Below the pieces are notes generated by a model. It was not told where the DNA came from, ran no database searches, and saw nothing but the letters and a program-made list of their open reading frames with translations. Of a stretch of 64,000 nucleotides of DNA, positions 31,238 to 40,394 are shown piece after piece. Made by a program: the position numbers and the translations under genes. Origin of the DNA: Reyranellaceae bacterium (GTDB lineage Bacteria; Pseudomonadota; Alphaproteobacteria; Reyranellales; JAQSWP01); NCBI GenBank assembly GCA_050181585.1, contig JBFXDA010000014.1:42714-106713 (forward strand). The letters are read 5' to 3'. The stretch's first letter is position 1, and every line of letters begins with the position of its first letter.

Positions 31238-31293
31238 CCGCAATTTCGCACCCGCAATTTCGTGCCCGCAATTTCGTACCCGCAATTTCGTAC
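31238..31293. repeat. 14-bp tandem repeat x4 (CCGCAATTTCGTAC consensus) in the divergent ligase/araC promoter
   Basis: Units at 31238, 31252, 31266 and 31280 read directly. Confidence 0.95.
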
Positions 31294-31350
31294 AAGGGGC
31301 CGGCGGCGGCCGGTGCTATGCTGGCGCGGTTCAGCAGACGGAGACACGTC

Positions 31351-32184
31351 GTGCCGACGCACCGCACCGCTGCCTATTCGCCCCGGCCCTGCTGGCACGC
31401 GCCCGAGTTCGACGGCGCGGTGATGTTCCACGGCCGCTACAACCACGAATTCATGCCGCACTCGCACGAGGCGGCCACCGTCATCCTGGTGACCGGCGGC
31501 GCGGTGGCGATCGACATCGACGGGCTGAGCCATTGCGTCGGCAAGGGCCAGATGGTGCTGATCGGCCCGCACCAGGTGCACGCGGCGCGCCCGCTCGACG
31601 CCTTCGGCTGGAAAATGCGCAGCCTGCACCTGCCGCCGGGCCTGTTCGCCGAGCTGGCCGCCGGCAGCGCCGGCTTCCGCCAGCCGGTGCAGTCCGGCTT
31701 CGGCCCGGCCGGCTCGCTGTTCTTCGACCTGCACTACTGTTCGGAGGTCGGCGGACCGGAACGGCCGCGCCGCGACCGCTTCCGCGAATTCCTGAAATGG
31801 TTCGCCGACAATTTGCACAACGAGGCCGCGAGCGCCGGCCACGCCGCCGCGGGCGATGCCCGGCTGCAGCGCGCCCGGCGCCTGATCGCCGCCGACATCG
31901 CCGAGCGCATCTCGATCGAGAGCATCGCCGCGGAGATCGGCCTGTCCTCCTTCGCCCTGATCCGCCGCTTCAAGCGGCTCTACGGCATCTCGCCCCATGC
32001 CTGGCGCATGCAGGCGCGCGCCAACGAGGCCGCCCGGCTGCTGCGCCAGGGCACCGGCCTGGCGGATGCCGCGACGGTCTGCGGCTTCGCCGACCAGTCG
32101 CACATGACGCGCGTCTTCAAGCGCGTGTTCGGCGTCACGCCGGGCCAGTACGGCAGCGTCGCCCGCCGCCGTTTCGCCGCCTGA
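31351..32184 (+). CDS. AraC family transcriptional regulator (cupin sensor domain)
   Basis: PHSHE cupin motif; GLS...LIR.FK...G.SP, GFADQSHMTRVFKR.FG.TPG; start may be 31318. Confidence 0.9.
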   Translation: MPTHRTAAYSPRPCWHAPEFDGAVMFHGRYNHEFMPHSHEAATVILVTGGAVAIDIDGLSHCVGKGQMVLIGPHQVHAARPLDAFGWKMRSLHLPPGLFAELAAGSAGFRQPVQSGFGPAGSLFFDLHYCSEVGGPERPRRDRFREFLKWFADNLHNEAASAGHAAAGDARLQRARRLIAADIAERISIESIAAEIGLSSFALIRRFKRLYGISPHAWRMQARANEAARLLRQGTGLADAATVCGFADQSHMTRVFKRVFGVTPGQYGSVARRRFAA

Positions 32185-32263
32185 ACCGGCGTTCAGCGCC
32201 GGCTTTCACCGGGAAACGAATTGCGCTAAGACCGGCAGCCCGCAACGCTGCAGGACCGCCCCG

Positions 32264-33145
32264 GTGCCCGACCAGTCCTTTCCCGGCTACGCCAAATACG
32301 AGCCCGCCGACCCGTTCGAGGAATTCGTCGGGCCGTTCTGGTTTCGCAAGGCGGACGGCAAGGCGCAGTGCTGCATGCTGCCGGACCAGCGGCACCTGAA
32401 CTCCGGCGGCATGGTGCATGGCGGGCTGCTGATGAGCTTCGCCGACTACGCCCTGGCGACGGCGGCCGGCGCCACCGCGGGCAAGTTCGCGCTGACCGTG
32501 GCGCTGACCTGCCAGTTCCTCAATGCCGGCCGCCCCGGCGTGCCGATCGAGGCCGAGGCGGAGGAAATCCGCGCCGGCAAGACGCTGAGCTTCGTGCGCG
32601 GCCAGGTCAGCCAGGAGGGCAGCACGCTTTTGGCCTGCACCGGCACCTTCCGTCCGCTGGAGCGCGGCACGGCGCTGGCACGGCGGATCGAGCCCGCGAC
32701 GCTGGACCCGGCCGACCGCGAGGAACCGCCGCCGGGCTTCCGCCTGGTCGAGCGCGCCTCGCCGTTCCTGCACCATGTCGGCCCCTCCTTCGTCGGCGAG
32801 CGCAACGGGCGGCGCGTGATCGTGCAGCCGACGGCGCCGCACATGCTGAACGCCGGCGGGCTGATGCATGGCGGCATGCTGATGAACTTCGCCGACAACG
32901 CCTTGTGCACCGAGATCGCGCTGGCCACCGGCGGCAAGGCGCCGATCACCACCACCTTCACCGCCGAGTTCCTCAATGCCGGCCGCTTCGGGCCGCTGCT
33001 GGAGAGCGCGGTGGAGTCGCTGAAAATCTCCGAGCGCAGCGCCTTCGTGCGCGGCCTCGTGCTGCAGGCGGGCGCCACACTGCTCAGCTATAGCGCCTTG
33101 ATCACCCTGATGGACAGGAAGGCGCTGCGCGCGCCGCAAGGATAG
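32264..33145 (+). CDS. Tandem double PaaI/hotdog thioesterase
   Basis: Two repeats: HLNSGGMVHGG.LMSFAD and MLNAGGLMHGG.LMNFAD. Confidence 0.88.
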   Translation: MPDQSFPGYAKYEPADPFEEFVGPFWFRKADGKAQCCMLPDQRHLNSGGMVHGGLLMSFADYALATAAGATAGKFALTVALTCQFLNAGRPGVPIEAEAEEIRAGKTLSFVRGQVSQEGSTLLACTGTFRPLERGTALARRIEPATLDPADREEPPPGFRLVERASPFLHHVGPSFVGERNGRRVIVQPTAPHMLNAGGLMHGGMLMNFADNALCTEIALATGGKAPITTTFTAEFLNAGRFGPLLESAVESLKISERSAFVRGLVLQAGATLLSYSALITLMDRKALRAPQG

Positions 33146-33147
33146 GC

Positions 33148-33612
33148 ATGGACAGCAACCAGATCGACCGGCCCGACGCGCCGCCGGACCTGCCGCCGGG
33201 CTACGAGCTCCTGCGCAACGAGATGGGCTTCTCCGCCCATGTCGGCCCGTTCTACGTGCGCAAGCCGCGCGACGGCCATAGGCTGGCCTTCGCCTTCCGC
33301 GCCCTGCCGCACCACGCCAATCGCGGCGGCGTGGTGCATGGCGGCATGCTGGTCAGCTTCGCCGACCACGTGCTGGGCGCCATGTGCTTCAAGGCCGCCG
33401 GCAACAAGCCGTGCTCGACCATCACGCTGGACTGCAGTTTCGTCTCGCCCGGCCGGCCGGGCGACTGGATCGAATGCACCGGCGACATCGCCCGCATGAC
33501 CCGCAGCGTCATCTTCATCGACGGCCGGCTGTTCGTGGGCGAGCGGGTGGTGCTGCAGGCCAAGGGCATCTGGAAGCTGCTCGACAAGCCGTGGGACCAG
33601 AAGACGAAATAG
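33148..33612 (+). CDS. PaaI family thioesterase
   Basis: HANRGGVVHGGMLVSFAD. Confidence 0.9.
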   Translation: MDSNQIDRPDAPPDLPPGYELLRNEMGFSAHVGPFYVRKPRDGHRLAFAFRALPHHANRGGVVHGGMLVSFADHVLGAMCFKAAGNKPCSTITLDCSFVSPGRPGDWIECTGDIARMTRSVIFIDGRLFVGERVVLQAKGIWKLLDKPWDQKTK

Positions 33613-33749
33613 GCTCCTGACGCCCGCGTTGCCGGCGCGGGCGTGGCCGCCGCGCCACACTCTTCGCCTTCTTGAATTTGCCGCAACTCCTCCGCGCGCC
33701 GGACGCAAACCGCGCCAACCCTTGCGCGTCCGACCAACACGGAGGCTCC

Positions 33750-34766
33750 ATGAAAATCCTTCCCCTCGCCGCCATGGCCTGCGCCCTGGCGCTGGCCGCG
33801 CCCATGCCGTCCCTGGCCGATACCCCGGCGGCGCATCGGCTGGGCCCGCCCGCCACGCACGAGAACCTGACGATCTTCCTGGTGCGCGGCGAGCGGCCCG
33901 CCGGCAAGGCCGTGCCGGTGACGCTGCAGGAGGCGATGCAGAAAGGCCTGATCCGCGTGCGCGAGACCGGCGACGTCAACTCGCTGGAGATCGAGAATCT
34001 GGGCGCCAAGGACGTGTTCGTGCAGGCCGGCGACATCGTCAAGGGCGGCAAGCAGGACCGCGTGCTGAGCGTCGACCTGGTGCTGGGGCCGAAATCGGGG
34101 CCGACCCGGATCGCCTCCTTCTGCGTCGAGCAGGGCCGCTGGCAGAAACGCGGCAACGAGCGCGTCGAGAGCTTCTCCGGCTCGACCGCCTCCCTGCCCT
34201 CGCGCGAGATGAAGCTGGCGGCCAAGCAGGCCGCCTCGCCGCGCGGCACGGCCGATCTGCAGCAGAAAGTGTGGAACGGCGTGCGCGACGTGCAGCGCAA
34301 ACTGGACGGCAATCTCGGCGCTCCCGCCGCGGCGGCGGCCTCGCCCAGCTCGCTGCAACTCACCATGGAGAACGAGAAGCTGAAGACAGCGGTCGGCGGC
34401 TACGAGCAGGTGCTGCGCGGCATGATCGAAGCGGCACCCGACGCGGTCGGCTTCGTGGTGGCGATCAACGGCAAGCCGTCGTCGGCCGACCTCTACAGCT
34501 CGCCCGAACTGTTCCGAGCCATGTGGCCCAAGCTGCTGCATGCCAGCGCCGTCGAAGCGGTGGCGGAGAAGAACGGCGCCGCCTTCGCGCCGGCGACGGC
34601 CGACCAGGCGCTGGCCTTCCTCGACCAGGCCCGCCAGGCGCCGGCGGCGCGGCAGAAGATCACCGCCCGGGTGGCCATGGAGACGCGCGAGACCGACAAG
34701 GTGCTGGCGTCGGAGACCCAGCTCGCCGAAGGCGGCTGGGTGCATCGGAGTTATGTGGCGAAGTAG
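33750..34766 (+). CDS. Secreted DUF6569 (ARPP-1)-like protein
   Basis: Signal peptide; NLTIF.V, V..L.IEN, VF..AGD.VKGGKQDR, FCVEQGRW, Q..VW, D.Y.S..LF..MW.KL; GGAGG RBS. Confidence 0.7.
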   Translation: MKILPLAAMACALALAAPMPSLADTPAAHRLGPPATHENLTIFLVRGERPAGKAVPVTLQEAMQKGLIRVRETGDVNSLEIENLGAKDVFVQAGDIVKGGKQDRVLSVDLVLGPKSGPTRIASFCVEQGRWQKRGNERVESFSGSTASLPSREMKLAAKQAASPRGTADLQQKVWNGVRDVQRKLDGNLGAPAAAAASPSSLQLTMENEKLKTAVGGYEQVLRGMIEAAPDAVGFVVAINGKPSSADLYSSPELFRAMWPKLLHASAVEAVAEKNGAAFAPATADQALAFLDQARQAPAARQKITARVAMETRETDKVLASETQLAEGGWVHRSYVAK

Positions 34767-34792
34767 TTTTTGCGCCGTTCTATCAAGTTACG

Positions 34793-34907
34793 CCCCTCTC
34801 CCGCTTGCGGGAGAGGGTGGCCAACGGCCGGGTGAGGGTGTGTGGCGGCGGATGCAGGACACCCTCATCCGCCCTTCGGGCACCTTCTCCCGCAAGCGGG
34901 AGAAGGG
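34793..34907. repeat. Palindromic intergenic repeat, family A (REP/RIME-like), copy 1
   Basis: CCCCTCTCCCGCTTGCGGGAGAGGG...GGGTGAGGG...CCCTCATCCG...CCTTCTCCCGCAAGCGGGAGAAGGG between convergent genes; second copy at 50678. Confidence 0.9.
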
Positions 34908-34932
34908 CATTGGAACTGCTAGCGTCTCTGTA

Positions 34933-35775
34933 TTACTTCCGCGCCTGCGCCACCGGCAGCGCGGCGACGATGTCGTCGAATTTCGCCTCGCGCTTCTGCG
35001 CGGTGGCGGCGAAGGCCTCGGGCATGTCGGCGGTCAGCAGCATGGCCGCGTTCCAGGTGGCGATGTAGTTCAGCCCGTCCGCGATCGAGTGGTCGCGGGC
35101 GTAGTTCAGCATCTCCTTGCTGCCGGCGATGGCCAGCGGCGACTTGGCGGCGATGGCGCGGGCGATCGCCAGCACGCCGTCGACCAGTTCCTGCGGCGTG
35201 GCGAAGACCTGGTTGACGAAGCCGCAGGCCCTGGCCTCCTCGGCCGTCAGGCGGCGGCCGGTATAGGCCAGCTCGCGCACCAGCCCGGCCGGCATCTGCT
35301 GCGGCAGGCGCTGCAGGGTGCCGACATCGGCCACCATGCCGATATCGATCTCCTTGATGGTGAAGAAGGCGTCGGCGGCGCAGTAGCGCATGTCGCAGGC
35401 GGTGGCGAGATCGACGCCGCCGCCGATGCAGCCGCCCTGGATGGCGGCCAGCACCGGCACGCGGCAGCGGTCGACGACGGAGAAGCATTCCTGGAACCAC
35501 AGGATCTGGCGGCGCAGGTTCTCCCGCTTGCGGCCCTCCTCGGCATTAGGCGGGGTCAGACTGCCGAACACGGACAGATCCATGCCGGCGGTGAAATGCG
35601 GGCCGGCGGCGGAGATCACCGCCACGCGCACCTCGGCGCGGCTGTCGATCTCGGCGAACACCGCGCGCATCTCCTGCCAGAAGGCCAGCGTCATGGAATT
35701 GCGCTTGTCCGGCCGGTTGAAGCGGATATGGGCGATGCCCTCGCCGACCGCGAAATCGAAGCTCTCGTAAGCCAT
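34933..35775 (-). CDS. Crotonase family protein (ECH1 / dienoyl-CoA isomerase-like)
   Basis: NRPDKRN, FTAGMDL, GGCIGGGVDL..ACD.RY, IKEIDIG..ADVGTLQRL, WNA.ML. Confidence 0.9.
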   Translation of the reverse strand: MAYESFDFAVGEGIAHIRFNRPDKRNSMTLAFWQEMRAVFAEIDSRAEVRVAVISAAGPHFTAGMDLSVFGSLTPPNAEEGRKRENLRRQILWFQECFSVVDRCRVPVLAAIQGGCIGGGVDLATACDMRYCAADAFFTIKEIDIGMVADVGTLQRLPQQMPAGLVRELAYTGRRLTAEEARACGFVNQVFATPQELVDGVLAIARAIAAKSPLAIAGSKEMLNYARDHSIADGLNYIATWNAAMLLTADMPEAFAATAQKREAKFDDIVAALPVAQARK

Positions 35776-35943
35776 GCCGCCCTCCCGTTCGCCCGTTCGC
35801 AAAGGGTTATAGCAGGCCGGAAACGGCCCGGCACCCGGCGCAAGGCGCGGATTTTCCGGCGTTTTTCCGGGGTTGAACGCCACAGGCCGCTATGGCACTT
35901 TGCGCCGCCTCAAGGACCGGGCCCGCCCGCTTCCTTCCGGTTC

Positions 35944-36018
<75 letters not shown>

Positions 36019-36054
36019 GTTTTCCGCACGCAAATGTCGCCGTTCGCGGGCTTC

Positions 36055-36080
36055 GGAACCGCCGGGCCGCCGCTGGCGTT
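36055..36080 (+). promoter_or_regulatory. sigma-EcfG promoter
   Basis: GGAAC-CGCCGGGCCGCCGCTGG(17)-CGTT, 8 nt before ATG 36089. Confidence 0.65.
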
Positions 36081-36088
36081 GGCGCTTC

Positions 36089-36322
36089 ATGACGGCGCAA
36101 GAACGCAAAAAGCGGCGCAAACCACGGGAAGAGATTTCCGACCCGCACGGCTTCTACCGCCAGGGTCTGGGTCCGGGCTATCCCGAGGAGGAGTTCGGCC
36201 CGGGCGACGCGGCGCGCCGTCAACCCGGCCAGCCGGCCTCGATCCGCAACTGGCGCGGCGACCGCTACAGCCGCTTCGACCGGCCCGGCCGCAACAACCC
36301 GGGCATGACCCGCCCGCGCTGA
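36089..36322 (+). CDS. Small hypothetical protein (77 aa), possibly leaderless
   Basis: Fills the gap between tRNA-Thr and the hydrolase; GC3-rich codons; EcfG promoter directly upstream. Confidence 0.5.
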   Translation: MTAQERKKRRKPREEISDPHGFYRQGLGPGYPEEEFGPGDAARRQPGQPASIRNWRGDRYSRFDRPGRNNPGMTRPR

Positions 36323-36415
36323 CCGCAGCCGGCATGGCGGTTGATTTGCCTCAAGGCGCGGGCGCCGCGTCGTTCTAGATTTCCCGCATCGGGAACCCTG
36401 CCGCGAGGCGCCGCC

Positions 36416-37036
36416 ATGGAACTGGGCCAGCATCGGCTTGCCGCCGACGTCACGGTGCCGCCGCAGGCCAAGGGCGTGGTGATCTTCGCCCATGGCAGCG
36501 GCTCCAGCCGGCTGAGCCCGCGCAACCGCCAGGTCGCCGCCCGGCTGAACGAGGCGGGGTATGCCACCATCCTGTTCGACCTGCTGACCGAGGAAGAGGC
36601 GCTGGACCGGCGCAACGTCTTCGACATCGAGCTGCTGGGCCGGCGCATGGGCGAAGCCGTCGCCCTCGCCCGCCGCGAGCCGCGCCTGCGCGGCCTGCCG
36701 GTCGGCCTGTTCGGCGCCAGCACCGGCGCGGCGGCAGCACTGGTGGCGGCCGCAAGCCCGGGCGCGGCGATCGCCGCCGTCGTCTCGCGCGGCGGGCGGC
36801 CCGATCTGGCCCCCCATGCGCTGGCGCGGGTGCAGGCTCCGACGCTGCTGATCGTGGGCGGCGAGGACGCGCCGGTGATCGGCATGAACGAGGCGGCGCT
36901 GCGCCGGATGCGCTGCGAGACGCGGCTGGAGATCGTGCCCGGCGCCACGCATCTGTTCGAGGAGCCGGGCACGCTCGAGCAGGTCGTCAACCTGGCCGTC
37001 GACTGGTTCGACCGGCATCTGCGGAGCGCCTCATGA
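36416..37036 (+). CDS. Alpha/beta hydrolase (dienelactone hydrolase-like, PRTase-associated)
   Basis: FAHGSGSSRLSPRN, GLFGASTG, SRGGRPDLA, VGGED, GATHLFEE; start uncertain. Confidence 0.88.
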   Translation: MELGQHRLAADVTVPPQAKGVVIFAHGSGSSRLSPRNRQVAARLNEAGYATILFDLLTEEEALDRRNVFDIELLGRRMGEAVALARREPRLRGLPVGLFGASTGAAAALVAAASPGAAIAAVVSRGGRPDLAPHALARVQAPTLLIVGGEDAPVIGMNEAALRRMRCETRLEIVPGATHLFEEPGTLEQVVNLAVDWFDRHLRSAS

Positions 37037-37698
37037 GATTCTCCGGCTTCGCCACGCGCGAGCAGGCGGGAAAGGAACTGGCCGCCGACCTGGCGCGCCG
37101 CGACTACGAGCGGCCGCTGGTGCTGGCGCTGCCGCGCGGCGGCGTGCCGGTGGCGGCCGAAGTGGCCAGGACGCTTCAAGCGCCGCTGGAGCTGCTGCTG
37201 GTCAGGAAGATCGGCGTGCCCTGGCAGCCCGAGCTGGCGGCCGCCGCCATCGTCGACGGCGAGAAGCACGACGTGGTCTACAACCAGGAGGTCCTGGACG
37301 CGGCCGGGCTGCGCCACGCCGAGCTCGAACCGCAGATCGCCGAGGAACTGGCCGAGATCGAGCGGCGGCGGAAGCTCTATCTCCAGGGACGGGCGCCGGT
37401 GCCGGTGGAAGGGCGCACCGCCATCGTGGTCGACGACGGCATCGCCACCGGCACCACGGTGAAGGCGGCCCTCAAGGCGCTGAAGCGGCGCCGGCCGAAC
37501 AAGCTGGTGCTGGCGGTGCCGGTGGCGCCGCAAAGCGCCGTCGCCGAGCTGAAGCCGCATGTCGACGAGCTGGTCTGCCTGCACCAGCCCGAGCCGTTCG
37601 GCGCCATCGGCTATTTCTACCGCGACTTCCACCAGGTGCCGGACGCGGAGGTCATCCGGCTGCTGGCGCAGAAAGATTCCGCTAGTTCCGGTTCATGA
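37033..37698 (+). CDS. Phosphoribosyltransferase family protein
   Basis: LALPRGGVPVA, VRKIG.P..PELA, IVVDDGIATG PRPP motif, Y.DF.QV.D.EV. Confidence 0.92.
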   Translation: MRFSGFATREQAGKELAADLARRDYERPLVLALPRGGVPVAAEVARTLQAPLELLLVRKIGVPWQPELAAAAIVDGEKHDVVYNQEVLDAAGLRHAELEPQIAEELAEIERRRKLYLQGRAPVPVEGRTAIVVDDGIATGTTVKAALKALKRRRPNKLVLAVPVAPQSAVAELKPHVDELVCLHQPEPFGAIGYFYRDFHQVPDAEVIRLLAQKDSASSGS

Positions 37699-38860
37699 TG
37701 CGCCGCGCCAAAGCGTGGCGGTGCACTTCGGACGGGCCGTCATAGATGCGGAACGGGCGGATGTCGCGATAGATGCGCTCGACCACTGTGTCGCGCGTGA
37801 TGCCCATGCCGCCCAGGATCTGCAGCGAGCGGTCGACCACGCGGCCCAGCGCCTCCGAACAGAACACCTTGGCCATGCTGGTCTCGTCGCGCGCCTTGTC
37901 GTGCTGGTCGAGCAGCCAGGCGCAGTGCCAGATCGACAGCCGGCACAGATTCATCTCGATCTCGTTGTCGGCCAGCATGAAGCCGACGCCCTGGTGGTCG
38001 CCGATGCGCTGGCCGAAGGACTGGCGGCGCTTGGCGTAATCGACGGCGATGGCATGGGCGCGGGCCGCCGCCCCCAGCCAGCGCATGCAATGGGTCAGCC
38101 GCGCCGGTCCCAGCCGCACCTGGGCGTAGCGGAAGCCGCCGCCGACCTCGCCCAGGATGCGCTCGGGCCCCACTTTCACGCCCTTGAACTCGACCACGCA
38201 GTGGCCGCCGGGCGAGTTGCTGTCGATGGTGTCGAGCATGCGCACGATGCGGAAGCCCGGCGCATCCATGTCGACCAGGAACATGGTGGCACCCAGGTCG
38301 CGGCCGGCGGCATCGACGCTGCGCGCCATGACGATGTTCAGCCCCGCCCCGGGCGCGCCGGTGATCAGCCATTTGGTGCCGTCGATCACCCAGTCCTCGC
38401 CCACCTGCCGGGCGGTGGTCTTCATCAGGCTGGGATCGGCGCCGGCGCCGCCATCGGGCTCGGTCATGGAGAAGACGGTGCGGATCTCGCCGCGCACCAG
38501 CGGTTCGAGATATTTCTTCTTCTGCGCCGGGGTGGCCACCTGGTGCAAGAGATTGGTGTTGCCCTCGTCCGGCGCCTGGATGTTCAGCGCCAGCGGCCCC
38601 AGCGGCGACCAGCCGGCGGCCTCGAACACCACCGCCATGCCGCGATGGTCCAGCCCCAGCCCGCCATATTCCTTCGGCCCGTGCGGCGACAGCAGCCCGG
38701 CCCGGCGCGCCAGCGCCACCATCTCCAGCCGCATTTCCTCGGTCGGCCCGTGCGGCGTCTGGCGCGCGTCGTTCTCCAGCGGCACGATCTTCTCTTCGAT
38801 GAAGACGCGCACGCGGTCGCGCAGCTCGACCAGCTCGGAGGGCAGCGAGAAATCGATCAT
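37682..38860 (-). CDS. Acyl-CoA dehydrogenase, ACAD10/11 (LvaC-like) clade
   Basis: APDEGN, FSMTEP, AQ.RLGPARL.HCMR.LG, RIYDGPSEVH. Confidence 0.9.
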   Translation of the reverse strand: MIDFSLPSELVELRDRVRVFIEEKIVPLENDARQTPHGPTEEMRLEMVALARRAGLLSPHGPKEYGGLGLDHRGMAVVFEAAGWSPLGPLALNIQAPDEGNTNLLHQVATPAQKKKYLEPLVRGEIRTVFSMTEPDGGAGADPSLMKTTARQVGEDWVIDGTKWLITGAPGAGLNIVMARSVDAAGRDLGATMFLVDMDAPGFRIVRMLDTIDSNSPGGHCVVEFKGVKVGPERILGEVGGGFRYAQVRLGPARLTHCMRWLGAAARAHAIAVDYAKRRQSFGQRIGDHQGVGFMLADNEIEMNLCRLSIWHCAWLLDQHDKARDETSMAKVFCSEALGRVVDRSLQILGGMGITRDTVVERIYRDIRPFRIYDGPSEVHRHALARRIMNRN

Positions 38861-38877
38861 CGACGGTTACTCCCTTT

Positions 38878-39900
38878 CTACTTTTTCTCCAGGCCGGCCA
38901 GCCGCTCGTAGCCCCAGCGGAACATGACGGAGACGGACGGCGCGAAGCGGTCCCACAGCGGATCGGGACGCTTGCCGGTGCGGTGCAGCTTGACGTTGAG
39001 GCAGGCGATCGAGGCCATGCGATAGGCGGCGAAGGCCTGGAACCATTCGACATGCTCGGCCGCCGGCCCGCCGGCGGCACGGTAGGTTTCCAGCAGCGCC
39101 TGCGACGGCTGCGCCACGATGGGCGGCCAGCCGGGCGACCAGGCGCCGGGATCGCCCATCATCATCAGCCAGCCGACATCCAGCCCCTGCGCGCCGATGG
39201 ACGACAATTCCCAGTCGACCACGCCGGCCAGCCGGTTGCCGCTCTTCTCGTAGAGCACGTTGCCGGGCTGGAAATCGCCATGGATCAGGCCGATCGCCGA
39301 GGGCTGCGGCTCGGTCTCCAGCAGGCGGGCCTGCAAGCGCAGGCCCAGTTCCAGCCATTCCTCGCTCTGGGCATGGCGCAAGATCTTGTCCCAGCGCCGC
39401 AACTCGGCCGACAGCGGCTGCGGCGCTTCCCAGCCGGCCAAAGCGCGCCGCCAGTCGAGGGCATGGATCATCGCCAGCGCCTGGGCCGCCTGCGTCCACA
39501 CCGATTTCAGCGTCTCGGGATCGCGGGCGAAGCTGGCATCCGGCTCCCAGATCAGGAAGACCCGGCCGGGCAAGCGCTCCATGACGATGAAGGGCGCGCC
39601 CAGCGGCGCCTCCTCGGCGCAGGCGAAGGGCACGGCGGGCACCGGCAGGCCGGCGGCATGCAGGGCGCGCAGCAGCGGCGCCTGGCGATAGACGTCGGTA
39701 TTGCCGCGGCGGGTGACGCCGATCGGCGCCATGCGCAGCACGTAGCGGCCGATCTCGCCTTCGCCCTCGAGCAGGCGAAACCCGAAGGTCAGGCCGGCGT
39801 GGCCGTCCTCCATCGGCGCCAGGTCGGCGACGCGCACGCCCTCCCCGAGCTGCGGACGCAGGAAAGCGGTCAATCGTTCGGCGAGCGAGGAAGGCAGCAT
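38878..39900 (-). CDS. Phosphotransferase (APH-like; ACAD10 kinase / LvaA-like)
   Basis: YVLR.AP, LG.PF.VME, LIHGDF.PGN, VVDWELSSIG. Confidence 0.88.
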   Translation of the reverse strand: MLPSSLAERLTAFLRPQLGEGVRVADLAPMEDGHAGLTFGFRLLEGEGEIGRYVLRMAPIGVTRRGNTDVYRQAPLLRALHAAGLPVPAVPFACAEEAPLGAPFIVMERLPGRVFLIWEPDASFARDPETLKSVWTQAAQALAMIHALDWRRALAGWEAPQPLSAELRRWDKILRHAQSEEWLELGLRLQARLLETEPQPSAIGLIHGDFQPGNVLYEKSGNRLAGVVDWELSSIGAQGLDVGWLMMMGDPGAWSPGWPPIVAQPSQALLETYRAAGGPAAEHVEWFQAFAAYRMASIACLNVKLHRTGKRPDPLWDRFAPSVSVMFRWGYERLAGLEKK

Positions 39901-40076
39901 AGGCCGACAATAGGAACTAATCGTGCCGGCGGGCAAATGCGTCGAATCGGCCCTACCGAAGAAGCGGCCGGAGCGCGCCGGCGCGGGGTATCCTGCTTTC
40001 TTGACCCCATCGTCCCCTGTCGGCCAGAATTGCTGCCGCCGGAGCCCGGGAGGCCTCGATTTACGCTCGCAAGACA

Positions 40077-40394
40077 GTGCCGCGCAGCACGCGCTGGATT
40101 CTCACCGCCGCCATCGTCGCGGCGGTGATGGCGCTGCTGGCATCGGCCGTGATCCTCGACGAGGAAACCGAGTTCGGCAGCCCCACCTATGCGCTGTTTT
40201 CGGCGCTGATCGGCGTCAATCTGGGGCCGTTGCTGCTGGCGGCCGGCGGCCTGGCCTTGTTTCACGGCACCCGCCCGCACAACCGCAAGCTGGTGCCGCT
40301 GGCGCTGGCCGCCATCGCCCTCGGCGCCTTCATGACGTGGCTGTTCTTCTTCGAGCTCGAGACGATCGAGCTGCCGAACATCGGGCTGTACTGA
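40077..40394 (+). CDS. Small membrane protein, hypothetical
   Basis: Three hydrophobic segments; fills the gap; start uncertain. Confidence 0.6.
   Translation: MPRSTRWILTAAIVAAVMALLASAVILDEETEFGSPTYALFSALIGVNLGPLLLAAGGLALFHGTRPHNRKLVPLALAAIALGAFMTWLFFFELETIELPNIGLY

Noticed and set aside
36019..37698. Integrative element at tRNA-Thr
   Set aside because: No integrase, att duplication or compositional shift seen
38878..39900. Aminoglycoside resistance kinase
   Set aside because: Pairing with an ACAD10-clade dehydrogenase indicates a metabolic acyl-CoA kinase
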